This document shows positions 37,884-51,142 of a DNA stretch of 64,000 nucleotides, piece after piece. The number at the start of each line of letters is the position of its first letter. The stretch's first letter is position 1. The translations under genes and the position numbers were made by a program. Under the pieces are notes generated by a model. It was not told the DNA's origin. It saw only the letters and a program-made list of their open reading frames with translations, and made no database searches. Origin of the DNA: Octopus sinensis (Eukaryota); NCBI RefSeq assembly GCF_006345805.1, contig NC_042997.1, positions 200,570,001 through 200,634,000 of the forward strand. Direction: 5' to 3'.

Positions 37884-38180
37884 AGAACAATGCCTGTCAT
37901 CGCCACGGATGGAGGAAGCAGGTTAAGGAGGGGATCGACACTTTTGAGAGAGCACGTATCCAGCATGAAGAACTTAAGCGAGCTGCGCGAAAGCGCACGG
38001 CTCGTATAGTGAATGGAGAAAGCTTGGTCTGCAATGTTTGCAGTTGTGTATGCTTGTCAAGAGCTGGGCTCATTAGCCACCAACGGAGCCGCAAATGCAA
38101 AATATAAGTTAGTCCTAGAGCGCACAATGTTCCTGAAGATCAGCAATGGTCTTCCTCGGTCACGAGTGGACGGCCATCAC
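37884..38180 (+). mobile_element. 5'-truncated RTE/BovB-like LINE end with C2H2 finger
   Basis: Frame not in the ORF track: HRHGWRKQVKEGIDTFERARIQHEELKRAARK...CNVCSCVCLSRAGLISHQRS*, then 3'UTR ...ggacggccatc. Confidence 0.85.
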
Positions 38181-38185
38181 GTATA

Positions 38186-39411
38186 TAGGGTGCGTAAGGT
38201 ATTTGAGGACATACATTTTAGGGGTCATTTGGGGTCATTGCTGCATTTTTTTGCTAACTCTGTATAATCTTTGTTTCAGAAAATAATAATGGCAGACCTT
38301 CAGCTTACTCCATAAATGAAGAGGCATGCTATTATTGTGTTTATAAAGGCTGAACATAGCAATTTAGAAATATCTTCACTTTTAAAAGTTGCCAGATCTT
38401 TCATTTACAAAGATTCTAAGAAGTCAGAAACTGAAGATAGAAACTTATCATCAGTATCAAAGCATAAAAAGCATTCTAAATGCTCTGAAATCATCAGAAT
38501 ACTGAAATTTATCCAGCAAGTTCAACAGACCATTGATTAAAATCTCAGAAAGTCCAAGAGGTCAATTGCAAAAGATCTCCATGTGTCAGAAGGAACAGTC
38601 AGAAATGTTGTCCATGAAGACATCAGATATAAGTCTTATATGATGAAGAAAGGTTAATTTGTCAGAAAAAGCAAAAGAAAATCACTACATCAGCTCTAAA
38701 AGTCTCTTAAACAAACTGAAAAACCCAGCAGAAGAAGATTTGATTTGGTTTTTCTCAAATGAGAAAAACTTTGACCAAGATCAAAAAGTTAACAAGAAAT
38801 GACAGATGGTTATGTGCAGATCCTTCTGAAGTTTCAAGTGTTATGCATACAAATTTCTTGCAACTGTCATTGTTTCAGGGGTTGTCAGCAATGAAGGACA
38901 TGTGATGCCTCCTTACTTCTTTCCACAAAGCCTTATAGTTAACTCTGCCACCTACATTGAGATTCTGGAAACGATTGTTAAGCCTGGGATAGATAGTGTA
39001 TACAATGGAAGGCTATATGTGTTTCAGCAATATTCTGCATTATCACACATGGCTCTAGTAACACAGGAATGGATGGTTGAAAGTTTTCATGATCACATAA
39101 CCACTAACATTTGGCGTCCTAATTCCCCAGCTCTCAATCCATTCTTCAGAGAGAGGTCAATGAACATGTCCATAATACCAAAGATTCTTTGAAAGCTGCC
39201 ATAGTCAGAATAATGTCCAAAATGAACCAGGACCACTTGATTTGAGCATGTAGATGATTTAGACCTCATATAGAAGCAGTTATTGAAGCTGAGAAAAGAA
39301 CGTTTATTTTAATCTTCATAGCATTTTTTGATAAATAAATTATTATCTGCTATTAAACATCTGGTTTTTTTTATAAACATAAATCTGTCCTCAAATATCT
39401 TACACACCCTG
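38186..39411 (+). mobile_element. Full-length degenerate Tc1/mariner, maT (DD37D)-like
   Basis: TA|TAGGGTGCGTAAGGTATTTGAGGACA ... TGTCCTCAAATATCTTACACACCCTG|TA; transposase relics RSIAKDLHVSEGTVR, FFSNEKNFDQDQKVN, GHVMPPYFF, YVFQQYSALSH, WRPNSPALNP. Confidence 0.85.
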
Positions 39412-40449
39412 TATATACAGTATATATACATATGATTAAGAAGCACCTGTACTGGGCCATGTAAAAACCACCTGTATTGGGTTACATATAAAGAACTTGT
39501 GTTGGTGCCATGTGAAAAGCATCAGTGCTGGTGCCACATACAATGTACCTGTGCTAATATCAGGGCTATATAAAAATACCCAGCACACTCCATATATTGG
39601 TTGGCAGTAGCAAGGGTATGTAGCCATAGAAACCAAACCAAATCAAAGAATTACAGCCTGGTGCAGCCCCCACCCAGCTTGTCAGCTCTGGTCAGGTCAC
39701 CCAGTCCATGGGGAACGGACGTTAAGTGATGATGATGACGATGATAGTCACAGCTCCAAATGCTTATCACATTTCTGCTGGATGAAGGGCTGACTTAGTT
39801 TAAGCATCAAAATTTACACACATATACAGCTAAACAACACAGAAAAGTGGGTCAATAATGATGTGTACCACCTACAAAGCCCAGTGATACAAATGAAATT
39901 GGATGCAGAAAATGGTGATGCAATATTTTGAGAGCCTCTACTAAAATAGTCAACCATGTGATTTAGTCAATGGAGTACGAAAATATGAAATTATTCCTGA
40001 AAAACAGATTCTGCTTTGATCTGAAATCCTTCTAAACCAACGAAAAACTACATCCTTCAAGCAATGTGGAATTGAATATCTTAAATATTAATTCAAAACA
40101 GTTCTAAAAATCTTCAGAACCATGTAGAAAGATACAGCGATGCCAGTTATGTGAAGCAAAAATAATTATTCTCTTCTTCTTCTTCTTCTTCTTCTTCTTC
40201 TTCTTCTTCTTCTTTTTCTTCTTCTTCTCCTCCTCCCCTCCTCCTCCTCCTCCTCCTCCTTCTTCTTGCCGTACCACAAGGTAGAATATGATAGAACAAA
40301 CTGATTTCATTTTAGTTTGTGAACAACTACAACCTTCAAGCAATGTTAAATTGAATATCTTGAATATCCAACCAATGGCTTGTGAGTGGATTTGGTAGAC
40401 TGAAACTGAAAGGAGCCCATATCATGTATATATATATATATATATATAT

Positions 40450-41006
40450 AAACCAGCTTAGAGAAGAAGAAGAAACGAAACGAAACGAAACGAATCGAAT
40501 CGAATCGACGCGAAGGCGCTCAGTGATACAATAGTGTAATAAATAAAATATATGCATACATACAAACATATATGTACGTACCTACATCTACATGTATATA
40601 TACATGCATATATAAATATATATACGTGTGTACAGGACACCAAAAATAGACGTAGAACTCAACGAGAAACGAAAACGTAAAAACAGCATGGAACGGACCA
40701 TTCCTTTATCAACGAAAAAACAGAGTACAAGACAACTACACAAGGAAAAATCCCCTTCATCAGCCGTCCCTAGTTCAACTCCAGCGTGTTTCGAAGGTGA
40801 GGACAGAACACATCTCGTCGAACTAGTCCTTCCTGCGAAAGAATTAAATAAAATTCCTTTGCAGAGGGCTAAAAACAAGGAAAAAAATGTGACAAAAACA
40901 GGACGTAAAAACAATACAATTAAAAACAAATACAAAATAAAAATACAATTACAAGAAATACAGTACAAGAAGGAATAGAAACAGGACAGGAAAACAAATA
41001 GAGGGC
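40450..41006 (-). mobile_element. Penelope-like terminus inside the (TA)n of a SINE A (40370-41305)
   Basis: Minus strand has TTCGACGA...TCGAAAC...CTGATGAAGGG boxes, the same layout as 63130-63210; (GAAAC)n(GAATC)n at 40470-40505. Confidence 0.45.
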
Positions 41007-41007
41007 C

Positions 41008-41067
<60 letters not shown>

Positions 41068-41496
41068 TGTGTGTATGTATTAGAGTCTGTGTTTATCCCC
41101 GCCCCCACCATCACTAGACAACTAATGTTGGTGTATTTAAGTCCCCGTAACTTAGTAGTTTGGCAAAAGCGACCGATAGAATAAGTACTAGGCTTACAGA
41201 ACATTGACTAGGCTTACAGTCCTGGGGTTGATTTGTTCGACAAAAGGCGGTGCTCCAGCATGGCCGCAGTATAATGACTGAAACAAGTAAAAGAATAAAA
41301 GAATACAAACAATGAGCTTTCCAGTATTTTATCTAAAAAATCCACTCACAAGGTTCTTTGGTCACCTCAGAACTCTAGTCGAAAGAACTTGCTCAAGATG
41401 CCATGCAGTGGGACTGAAACCCAAATCACATGGTTAGGAAGCAAGCTTTTTTAACCACACTGCCATACCTGCAGTGAATGCATATATTATTTAGAG

Positions 41497-42172
41497 ATGG
41501 CGAGCTGGCAGAAACGTTAAGCACGCTGAGTGAAATGCTTAGCGGTATTTTGTCTGTCTTTATGTTCTGAATTCAAACTCTGCCGAGGTCGACTTTGCCT
41601 TTCATCCTTTTGGGGTCGATAAATTAAGTACCAGTTGCATACTGTGGTTGATCTAACTAACTGACTCCCTTCACCAAAATTTTAGGACTTGTGCCTCAAG
41701 TGGAAAAGAATATTTTGGTAACTCCAAGGCAGCAAGTTGGCAGAAACATTAGCATGCCGGGCAAAATGCTTAGTAGTATTTCATCTGTCTTTATATTCTG
41801 AGTCCAAATTCTGCCAAGGTCGACTTTACCTTTCATTCTTTCAGGGTCGATAAATTAAGTACCAGTCATGTACTGCGGTTGATCTAACTAACTGACTCCC
41901 TTCTCGAAAATTTCAGGCCTTGTGCCGAGAGTGGAAAAGTATATTTTGGTTACTTCAAGGTGGTGAGCTGGCAGAAACATTAGCACGCTGGGCAAAATGC
42001 TTAGCAGTATTTCGTCTGTCTTTGTGTTCTGAGTTCAAATTCTGCCATGGTCACTTTGCCTTTCATCCTTTCAGGGTCGATAAATTAAGCACCAGTTGCA
42101 TACTGGGGTTGATCTAATTAACTGACCCTTTCCTCGCAAAATTTCGGGCCTTGTGCCTAGCGTAGAAAAGAT
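41497..42172 (+). mobile_element. Three tandem complete SINE B copies (~230-bp unit including flank)
   Basis: Each unit has a head; units are joined by ttttggt(a/t)act(c/t)caagg. Confidence 0.9.
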
Positions 42173-42486
42173 TATTCAGAGTTGCTATTGCCACTAACAT
42201 AACAAAATAAGTTGTCAGGTAGCAGACACCTTCCTGGTGTTTTTCGGTAAGTAAAACCAAAAGATTTCGCTGGTCACTTGTTTCTACAGATTTACTTGAT
42301 CAGAACTGACACTGAGTTATTCACACAACCAAAATCAATGAATGTTTATTTCTTATTCACACATAGCTTGAGATGAAGAGACTCTGCACTTCATTAAATG
42401 GGGTTGTGTGTTGTCTTTTGTGCACAAACTGAAATGAAAATCAATTTGTTCTCAACATATACCTGTATAATCTACCTTGAGGTAAG

Positions 42487-42571
42487 ATGATGATAATGAT
42501 GATGATGATGATGGTGATGGTGGTGGTGATGATGATGATGATGATGTTGATGATGATGATGGTGGTGGTGG

Positions 42572-42605
<34 letters not shown>

Positions 42606-42842
42606 AACGACGACGATGATGATGAGGTGGAGGAGAAGAAGAAGAAGAAGAAGGGGAGGAGGTGGAGGAGAAGAAGGAGAGGAGGAGGAGGAGGAGAATA
42701 ATAATAATAAGAAGAATAAAAAGAAGAGGAGAAGAAGAAGAAGAAGAAGAAGAAGAAGAGAAGAAGAAGAAGAAGAAGAAGAAGAAGAAGAAGAAGAAGA
42801 AGAAGAAGAAGAAGAAGAAGAAGAAGAAGAAGAAGAAGAAGA
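42487..42842. repeat. Compound (GAT)/(GGT)/(GGA)/(GAA)n microsatellite
   Basis: Directly visible. Confidence 0.95.
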
Positions 42843-44089
42843 GAATAATTATTTTTGCTTCACATAACTGGCATCGCTGTATCTTTCTACATGGTTCTGA
42901 AGATTTTTAGAACTGTTTTGAATTAATATTTAAGATATTCAATTCCACATTGCTTGAAGGATGTAGTTTTTCGTTGGTTTAGAAGGATTTCAGATCAAAG
43001 CAGAATCTGTTTTTCAGGAATAATTTCATATTTTCGTACTCCATTGACTAAATCACATGGTTGACTATTTTAGTAGAGGCTCTCAAAATATTGCATCACC
43101 ATTTTCTGCATCCAATTTCATTTGTATCACTGGGCTTTGTAGGTGGTACACATCATTATTGACCCACTTTTCTGTGTTGTTTAGCTGTATATGTGTGTAA
43201 ATTTTGATGCTTAAACTAAGTCAGCCCTTCATCCAGCAGAAATGTGATAAGCATTTGGAGCTGCGACTATCATCGTCATCATCATCACTTAACGTCCGTT
43301 CCCCATGGACTGGGTGACCTGACCAGAGCTGACAAGCTGGGGGGGGGGGCTGCACCAGGCTGTAATTCTTTGATTTGGTTTGGTTTCTATGGCTACATAC
43401 CCTTGCTACTGCCAACCAATATATGGAGTGTGCTGGGTAGTTTTATATAGCCCTGATATTAGCACACGTACATTGTGTATGTGACACTAGCACTGATGCT
43501 TTTCACATGGCACCAACACAAGTACTTTAAACGTAACCCAGCACAGATGGTTTTTACATGGCCCAGAATGGGTGCTCTTAATGTCGCCTCGAATGGGTGC
43601 TTTATACATGACATTGGCACAGGTGTATTTTATGTGGCACTGTCACAGGTGCTATCCATGTGGTGCCACCATGTTTGCTTATTACTCTTTCAAGCATGCA
43701 CATCTAACATTACATTAACAATTATATTCTTCCTCTTTTGAAGTGTGATTCGAGGGAGATTTTGTTGCTATATTTAGCAGGTCGAGTGACTACGAAGAAG
43801 CTCCCTTTGGTTCAAGATGTACATGTATTCTCCCACATTCAATGCATCTTTTACATTTTCATGAATGGCAAAAGACCCCATCTTGCCACCTCCATAAATG
43901 AATAGGGAGATAAATTATTGTAAGATTTTTTATGCGATGCCAGCATCAATACCTGTCAAAACATGTTCAAGATTCTGGGATGGAGTCCTATATATACTTT
44001 TTATTATCCAGTATGTCTATGTATTGGATTTCAATTTATCATTTATGTGCTTAATCTACTTGGTCATGAGGGAAGCATAATATACAAAA

Positions 44090-44535
44090 AAATATATATA
44101 ATATAAGATTGACAAAGATCTAAATAGATATAAAACCTCACGTAACGTATCAGTGTTCTGGCTAGTTTGCTTATTTTGTAGCTTTTCAACTCAAAGTGTC
44201 GTCAGACTCCCAGCGAGAAAATGAATCTCAGAAACAAAATGTACAGTGGTAAAAATAGAGAAAAAACGTCAGTAACTTCTCGATAAAGAGACATAAAAGC
44301 TTATAGTTATATCCATCTTCAAGAGAAACATAAATGAATCCATACACATGACTACACGGACTGTCATGATGATGGATGTAGAAGCACAGTAATGGATACT
44401 TTTAGACACGGATAGAGAAATATAAAACAGGAACACATACTTATAGGAATTCACATAGACATAGGCATACGAATATACAAACATATATATTGTATATATT
44501 GAAGATACAGGCACACATACACACACATACATATA
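44090..44535 (-). mobile_element. (TA)n-flanked element with a decayed minimal hammerhead (44178-44207)
   Basis: Minus strand gt-CTGACGA-cactttgagtt-GAAA-agct-ac. Confidence 0.35.
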
Positions 44536-44559
44536 TATAGAATATGTAAATTTTTAAAG

Positions 44560-45200
44560 CAGGAGTGACTGTGTGGTAAGTAGCTTGCTTATCAACCACA
44601 TGGTTCTGGGTTCAGTCCCACTTCGTGATACCTTGGGCAAGTGTCTTCTATTATATATTTCTTTACTACCTACAGGGGCTAAACACAGAGGGGACAAACA
44701 AGGACAGACAAACGGATTAAGTCGACTACATCGACCCCAGTGCGTAACTGGTACTTAATTTATCGACCCCGAAAGGATGAAAGGCAAAGTCGACCTCGGC
44801 GGAATTTGAACTCGGAATGTAACGACAGACGAATTTCGCCCGGGCGTGCTAACGTTTCTACCATGCTCGCCGCCTTATGTCTTCTATTATAGCCTCGGGC
44901 CGACCAAAGCCTTGTGAGTGGATTTGGTAGACGGAAACTGTAAGAAGCCTGTCGTATATATGTGTATGTATATATATATATGCGTGTGTGTTTGTGTGTC
45001 TGTGTTTGTCTCCCCCAACATCGCTTGACAACCGATGCTGGTGTGTTTACGTCCCAGTAACTTAGCAGTTCGGCAAAAGAGACCGATAGAATAAGTACTA
45101 GACTTAAAAAGAATAAGTCCTGGGGTCGATTTGCTCAACTAAAATGCAGTGCTCCAGCATGGCCGCAGTCAAATGACTGAAACAAGTAAAAGAGTATATA
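44560..45200 (+). mobile_element. SINE A with a nested antisense SINE B (44656-44877) and a 14-bp TSD
   Basis: TGTCTTCTATTATA at 44642-44655 and 44878-44891. Confidence 0.9.
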
Positions 45201-45232
<32 letters not shown>

Positions 45233-45884
45233 CTGTTGCAGTCATAGAAAGTTGTTATACGTTGTTAGGAAGAATATAGTAAAGAGGTCCCTGGATGGTG
45301 GTTAAAATATTTAAAATATGAACATATTTTTGGTAATAGAAGGTAAAATTTATCTCCAACCAAAACTGGTGATCTGGCATAATCATTAGAACACCAGATA
45401 AATTGCTAAGTGGTATTTTGTTCATCTTTACGCTCTGAGTTCAAATACCACCAAGGTCAACTTTGCCTTTCGTCTTTTTGGGGCTGATAAAGTAAGTACC
45501 AGTTGAACCCTGGGTTCAATACAATCCGGCAGTCACAGCAGACAATTCTTGCCTGTTTACTGTTACAATGACGAATGCTTTTATGGACCATGCGTCCTTA
45601 TGAGAGATTCTCTCAAGGTGAATAACACAATATTGTATATTCTAACACAACCTCCTCGTTAAGCTGGAGATTAAGATTACTTATTAGTATTAATACTGCT
45701 TCAGTCACTATTAATTACATTTTAAGAACTTTTGTAATATTATAACGAGCGAAGCAGCTAGTCAGAAAACATATGTAAGAGATGACAGTAGTAACTAGAC
45801 AGACAAGTAATGTTTGTTTTCACTTCGCCATGGCTGTTCCATACAAACCAACGTTACTACAATATATATATATATTCTTTTCTA

Positions 45885-46452
45885 CTCTAGGCAGAAGACC
45901 TGAAATTTCTGAATTTCTGGGGAGAGAGCTAGTAGACTAAATTGACCCCAGTATGCAACTGGGGACGAAAGGCAGAGTCGACCTCGGTGAAATTTGAACT
46001 CAGAATGTAGACAGACGAAATAACTCTAAGCTTTTCGGCCAGCTGCTAATGTTCCTTATTTCTTTATTGCCCACAAGGGGCTAAACATAGAGGGGACAAA
46101 CAAGGACAGAGACAAAGGAATTAAATCCATTACATCGACCCCAGTGCGTAACTGGTACTTAATTTATCGACCCCGAAATGATGAAAGGCAAAGTCGACCT
46201 CGGCGGAATTTGAACTCACAACGTAATGGTAGACGAAATACCTATTTCTTTACTACCCACAAGGGGCTGAACACAGAGAGGACAAACAAGGACAGACAAA
46301 CGGGTTAAGTCGATTATATCGACCCCAGAACGTAACTGGTACTTATTTAATCGACCTCGAAAGGATGAAAGGCAAAGTCGACCTCGCTGGAATTTGAACT
46401 CAGAACATGAAGACAGACGAAATAATGCTAAGCATTTCGCCCGGCGTGCTAA
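45885..46452 (-). mobile_element. SINE B tandem array
   Basis: Junction gacgaaatacctatttcttt at 46232-46251. Confidence 0.9.
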
Positions 46453-46487
46453 CATTTCTAACATCTCGCCACCTGCTATAATATGTA

Positions 46488-46508
46488 TCTGTATATATAA
46501 AAGGCAAG

Positions 46509-46584
<76 letters not shown>

Positions 46585-46990
46585 CGTGAATGTAAATTAT
46601 GCACGTCCGCAAATTAGCACGCATGTCGCTCCAATTTTAGGAGAACATTCGTCATGATCCTAGCTGTATTTTCGTCAACTTATTTTCCCCAGAGGCATCA
46701 GCGAATAGCAGTAAAAATAAAATTTCAACCAAAACCTTTAACAATTTTCAAGTCAGAGAAATCACCATTGTTTGCAAACAAGAGTTAAGTTCCCTTCGAG
46801 CGACGAGTAAGTTTTTGTTAAGACTTTTGTTGTTTTTTTCCCATCAAGGAAAAAAGTGTTTTGTTGATATACGGGCGACACACACACGAACATGTATGCG
46901 TACAAAAACATGTATGCAATAGGTGTACGTACGTGTGTGTATGTATGTGTGTTGCCCATATATATATATAGACAGACAAATAAAGTGAGT
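46488..46990 (+). mobile_element. Possible non-autonomous Helitron-like element (3' boundary unknown)
   Basis: Starts A|TCTGTATATATAAAAGGCAAGA-(TG)n, a 5' layout common in invertebrate Helitron-N/HINE elements; 3' CTAG hairpin not established. Confidence 0.25.
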
Positions 46991-47389
46991 TCATGGCTGT
47001 ATCCTACACCAGCTTCCCACAACCAGCCCCAGCACATCCAAAGTACGTTGGATCGCAGGACGGCCTGCTGTGCTTACCTTGGATCATGGGGCGACCTGCT
47101 ATGCTCGAGGAGACCTATTGAGTCAAGTACATCAACATCAAAATAAAAATCAAATGGAAATTGTAGTTGTGATATCCGTGCCGGTAAAAAGCACCATCCA
47201 AATGCAATGATTTGGGCAAAGTTTCCTTTTCTGTCCACAGGCCAGCAAGGATTTTCATTTGTGATGACAGTGGGGGAAAGCCAAATGAAGGAGTCAGGTA
47301 TTCATTTGCAAACTGAAAACTTCTACAGCTGACTGCCGATAACAACAAATCCTCTCGCCCAGACTATATGCGCATTCCCTCTTCCTGAA

Positions 47390-48955
47390 AGCAGCGATTC
47401 ATGCCGGCACCGGTAATTGGTGACAGAGAGAGCACCTTCATCAGCCATTGTATGTCTGAAATGCAGCAGAGGTTTTCAAAAGCTTCTTCACTTTTCTGTT
47501 TTTAACCCTTTAGTATTTAAACCGGCCATACCCGGCCAAAATGGCTAATCTGTTTTATGTTCAAACTGACCAGATCCAGGCTCTCACACCTACCCCACAA
47601 TGTTATTCTACATTAAGTAATTGCACCATCAAGATCTTGAAGATATGAGATAATGCATGATTAATTCAAATCAATGAGAATCAACAAGCATTATGTTTGA
47701 TTGAATAATCTGAACACTAAAGGGTTAAAGAGAGTCTTATCACTCGATCAGCTTCAAGCAGTCCACTGGCTGTCGTGCCTCGATATTGTAAACTACTTTG
47801 ACAGTAGCCATTGTTGTTGTTCATAGCGATGTGCCTTTCAGAAGCTCCAAGAAATACTGCATTTGCTTATAGTTGCTTTCAGCTCGTTTTAGTGCTGTTG
47901 CCTCTATGCACCAATGAGTTGGATACAATGCCTGCAACATGACGCCATTCTCACCTCAGGGGCTTCTCTACAGTGCCTTTCTTTTGGTGACTCTTTACGA
48001 AGAATCGTGCATTGGTCAACACACTTCAGTCATCACCGATAATAGCAGCCTTTAAGCCAACTTCTTGAAGGGCGAGCTCCAGAGAATTGTTTCCGCACTG
48101 TACACAATACGTACCAGAAGACATGTTCTTCAATCTCTTTGGATGCTGGAAACGTTTCCGCTCATGGTAGTTGCACCATAAAAAGGAAAAGCAGTCATAA
48201 TTTTGAGACCAGCGACATGTTTAGTTGGTGCCTCCAAGGAGCAGTCAGGAGGGTAATAAAAACCGAGAAAATCTTTGTGTATATCCAGGTCTTCAGAAAC
48301 CTAATGAACAATGCTTGATTCTTGCTCTATGCCAGAGCAATCAGTAGTGCCATTACATATAATACCAATAAACATGGAATTTTCAACTTTTTTTTCCTGA
48401 GCACACGCCTCTAGGATTTAGTGTATCAGATAGGGAATTATTTCGATGTTTAAGCCGCTGGTTTACTTCTACGCTGTATTTTCAGCAAGTTCTTTTGCGA
48501 GTTCTACAAAGTTTCCTGTGGTATCAGGAACTACTATATGCAGCAGTTTTTCTTGGAATTTTGTTCCGTTTTCGTGCACCAGTCAACAAGACAGTTTCCT
48601 TAGTTGTTGTGATTCTGTTATGCTAAACTCCTTCCAGACAACAACAGCATCATGATGAATATCATAATGAAGCCATAGGGCTTCCTCAAACGAGCCTAGG
48701 TGATATGAATGTTTCTCTGCGTTCTTTGGAAATTTTAATGTCTTTCAGTCACAAATTGTTTTTCTGAAGTGCAAAATTTTGATGGCACTTCTTAACATGT
48801 TGGAAGTGTGTTGTCATTAATTTTGTCACTGGATTGTACCTCCTTAGTCTCCGAAGATCCTGCATTCTCTTGACGAGGCGCAGTACGGAAGAAATCTGTA
48901 ATTTTTCTCACTTTTACGTCTGGCGAATTTGACATAATACATACAGCTGAAAAAA
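47390..48955 (-). pseudogene. hAT transposase relic (ZMYM1-like/DUF4371 type)
   Basis: Manual translation: FEEALWLHYDIHHDAV; FIGIICNGTTDCSGIEQ...DIHKDFLGFY; YGATTMSGNVSSIQ; YCVQCGNNSLELALQE; many stops and frameshifts. Confidence 0.75.
47506..47724. mobile_element. piggyBac-type MITE inserted in the hAT relic
   Basis: TTAA|CCCTTTAGT ... ACTAAAGGG|TTAA (TTAA at 47502-47505 and 47725-47728). Confidence 0.85.
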
Positions 48956-49866
48956 AAATGGAAAAAGTCAAAAAAGTGCAAACTGATCAACAATTTCATA
49001 TTTGAAAAGCAGGGTTTCTCTCAATTATTTTTGATTAATTTATTAAAACAAACTTGTTTAACATCGTTATCAGACAGAAAAAGTGAATATATATATTTTT
49101 TCATTTTACAACTTTAAAATTCAACACAGTTCGAAAAAACTAAAAGCAATATGATATACATTTTCGTATTTTGGAACTGAGATAAAGAAGTAACATACAG
49201 TATGTGCAATAATGTGAAGTATATTTTGTATATTAAAATATGTTTAATTTCGGAGATATACCCAGCGACCGAGTTAATGTTTGGCGAAGCAAACATAAGC
49301 ATGATAACTTTTCCAACTTCTCTCCTCTAAAAATACAAATTGCAAGTGTTTCAAAATGTGGGACATAGCACGACGAAAACTAACAAAAAAGAAAAAAAAA
49401 TGTGGGGACTTGTGTTCCAAAGGTACGATGAGAGGGCTCAGGAGAAGGACAGAAAGATGGAATAGAAGGGTAGAAAGCAAGACAGAAACAAAGAAAGGAA
49501 AGATGGAATAAAAGGTGGAAAGATAAGACAAACCGTCGCATTATATTAACAAAGGAACGAACGAAAGGTCATGCACAAGACGAGCTATCGTCCAAAAATT
49601 ATAATTTCACGCCTTTTGCAGTAAAATCGTTCAATTTGGAGGCGCAACAGCAAAAACGACTTTGGGACCAATGAGTGGACATGAAAGACAGAATGAAATC
49701 AATACAAAAGAATAAAAAAAAACGACAGGTTATGTAGAGCCTGCATTGTATAACCTTGGATAGGAGTAACTGGAAAGAAGACAAGGATGGTTGTGATGCA
49801 GCATCAAAGAGAATTCTCAGGGTACCAGAAAATGAGTTTAAGTGAGAATATGGACAATGGATCAAG

Positions 49867-49898
<32 letters not shown>

Positions 49899-50076
49899 TG
49901 CGTCAGTTTTATATGAATCTGAGAGGAGATTGGCAGGCGATCAGAGATGGAAGTGAAGATGAATATAGTGAGTGATGAACAAGGGTTGAGGCATGGTTGA
50001 TGGTGAATATTGGTATGGTGGTGATGGTGGTGGTGGTGGTGTGTACGAGTAAAAGAGAAAGAGACAAAGAGAGAGG

Positions 50077-50115
<39 letters not shown>

Positions 50116-50314
50116 GCAAGTGGCTCAGGAAAGAACACGTGACAAACGGCAGCACAGAAAGGAAGGAGAGCAATAGTGTCATAAAACCTATAAATAGATC
50201 TGACAGATGGTGTGCAAGCTCTGAGCGTGGAGGGGATGGGAGATGTGGGGGTGACAGAGAGACATAAAATATGTCCAGTTTAAAGGCAATTTTTAAAGTA
50301 GCAATTTATTCCCA

Positions 50315-50568
50315 TCATCATCATCATCATCATCATCATCATTATCACCATCATCATCATCATCATCATCCTCATCATTCATCATCCCCATCACCATCAC
50401 CATCATCATCCTCCTCCTCCTCCTCCTCATCATCATCAACATCACCATCATCATCATCATCATCATCATCACCACCACCATCACCACGATCATCATCATC
50501 ATCACCACCACCACCACCACCACCATCATCATCATCAGCAGCATCATTCATCATCATCATCATCATCA

Positions 50569-50621
<53 letters not shown>

Positions 50622-50760
50622 TTAACGTCCGTTTTCCATGCTTGCATGGGTTGGATGATTTGATAGGAGCAGGCATGCCGCAGAGCTACTCCCGGCTCCA
50701 GTTGTCTGTTTTGGAATTAGTCTCTACGGCCGGATGCCCTTCCTGATGCCAACCGCTTTC
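50315..50760 (-). repeat. Expanded (CAT/CAC/CCT)n tract = tail of an RTE-type 3' end
   Basis: (cat)n-tttaacgtccgttttccatgcttgcatggg. Confidence 0.85.
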
Positions 50761-51142
50761 CTTTGTCGTCGATGTTAATAACAAATTAACATGTTTCATG
50801 CTCACCGTATTTCCAGTATCACAACATCATTAGATTCTATCATTGTTGTTGCTGTCGATGTTATTGCATGAGCTCAAGCCAACCCTGATAACGTAGGCCT
50901 ATGGTCAAAGGCAAGCCAACAATGACCACTCCATCTTATTTTAAAGCATCGTTCCTTAGCTCTTACATTAACTTCAATGATTTTTTCGTACAACACTTTG
51001 TCATTTGAGCGAGATTTGACTAGTTTTTCTTGCACGTCAAGTAACTACACGAGACCTTCCTCGTTGTCTCATTACTTTTGTTGTTTAGCTTGATTGAACA
51101 TTTGAACCATGACTAACCAACATTTTGGTTGTTATCTAAGAC

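Larger units (their letters stand above)
39435..43582. repeat. Inverted segmental duplication (~780-bp arms, ~2.6-kb spacer)
   Basis: 39435-40212 vs about 42800-43582; includes unique DNA and an RTE tail; inner ends in (TTC)n/(GAA)n. Confidence 0.95.
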
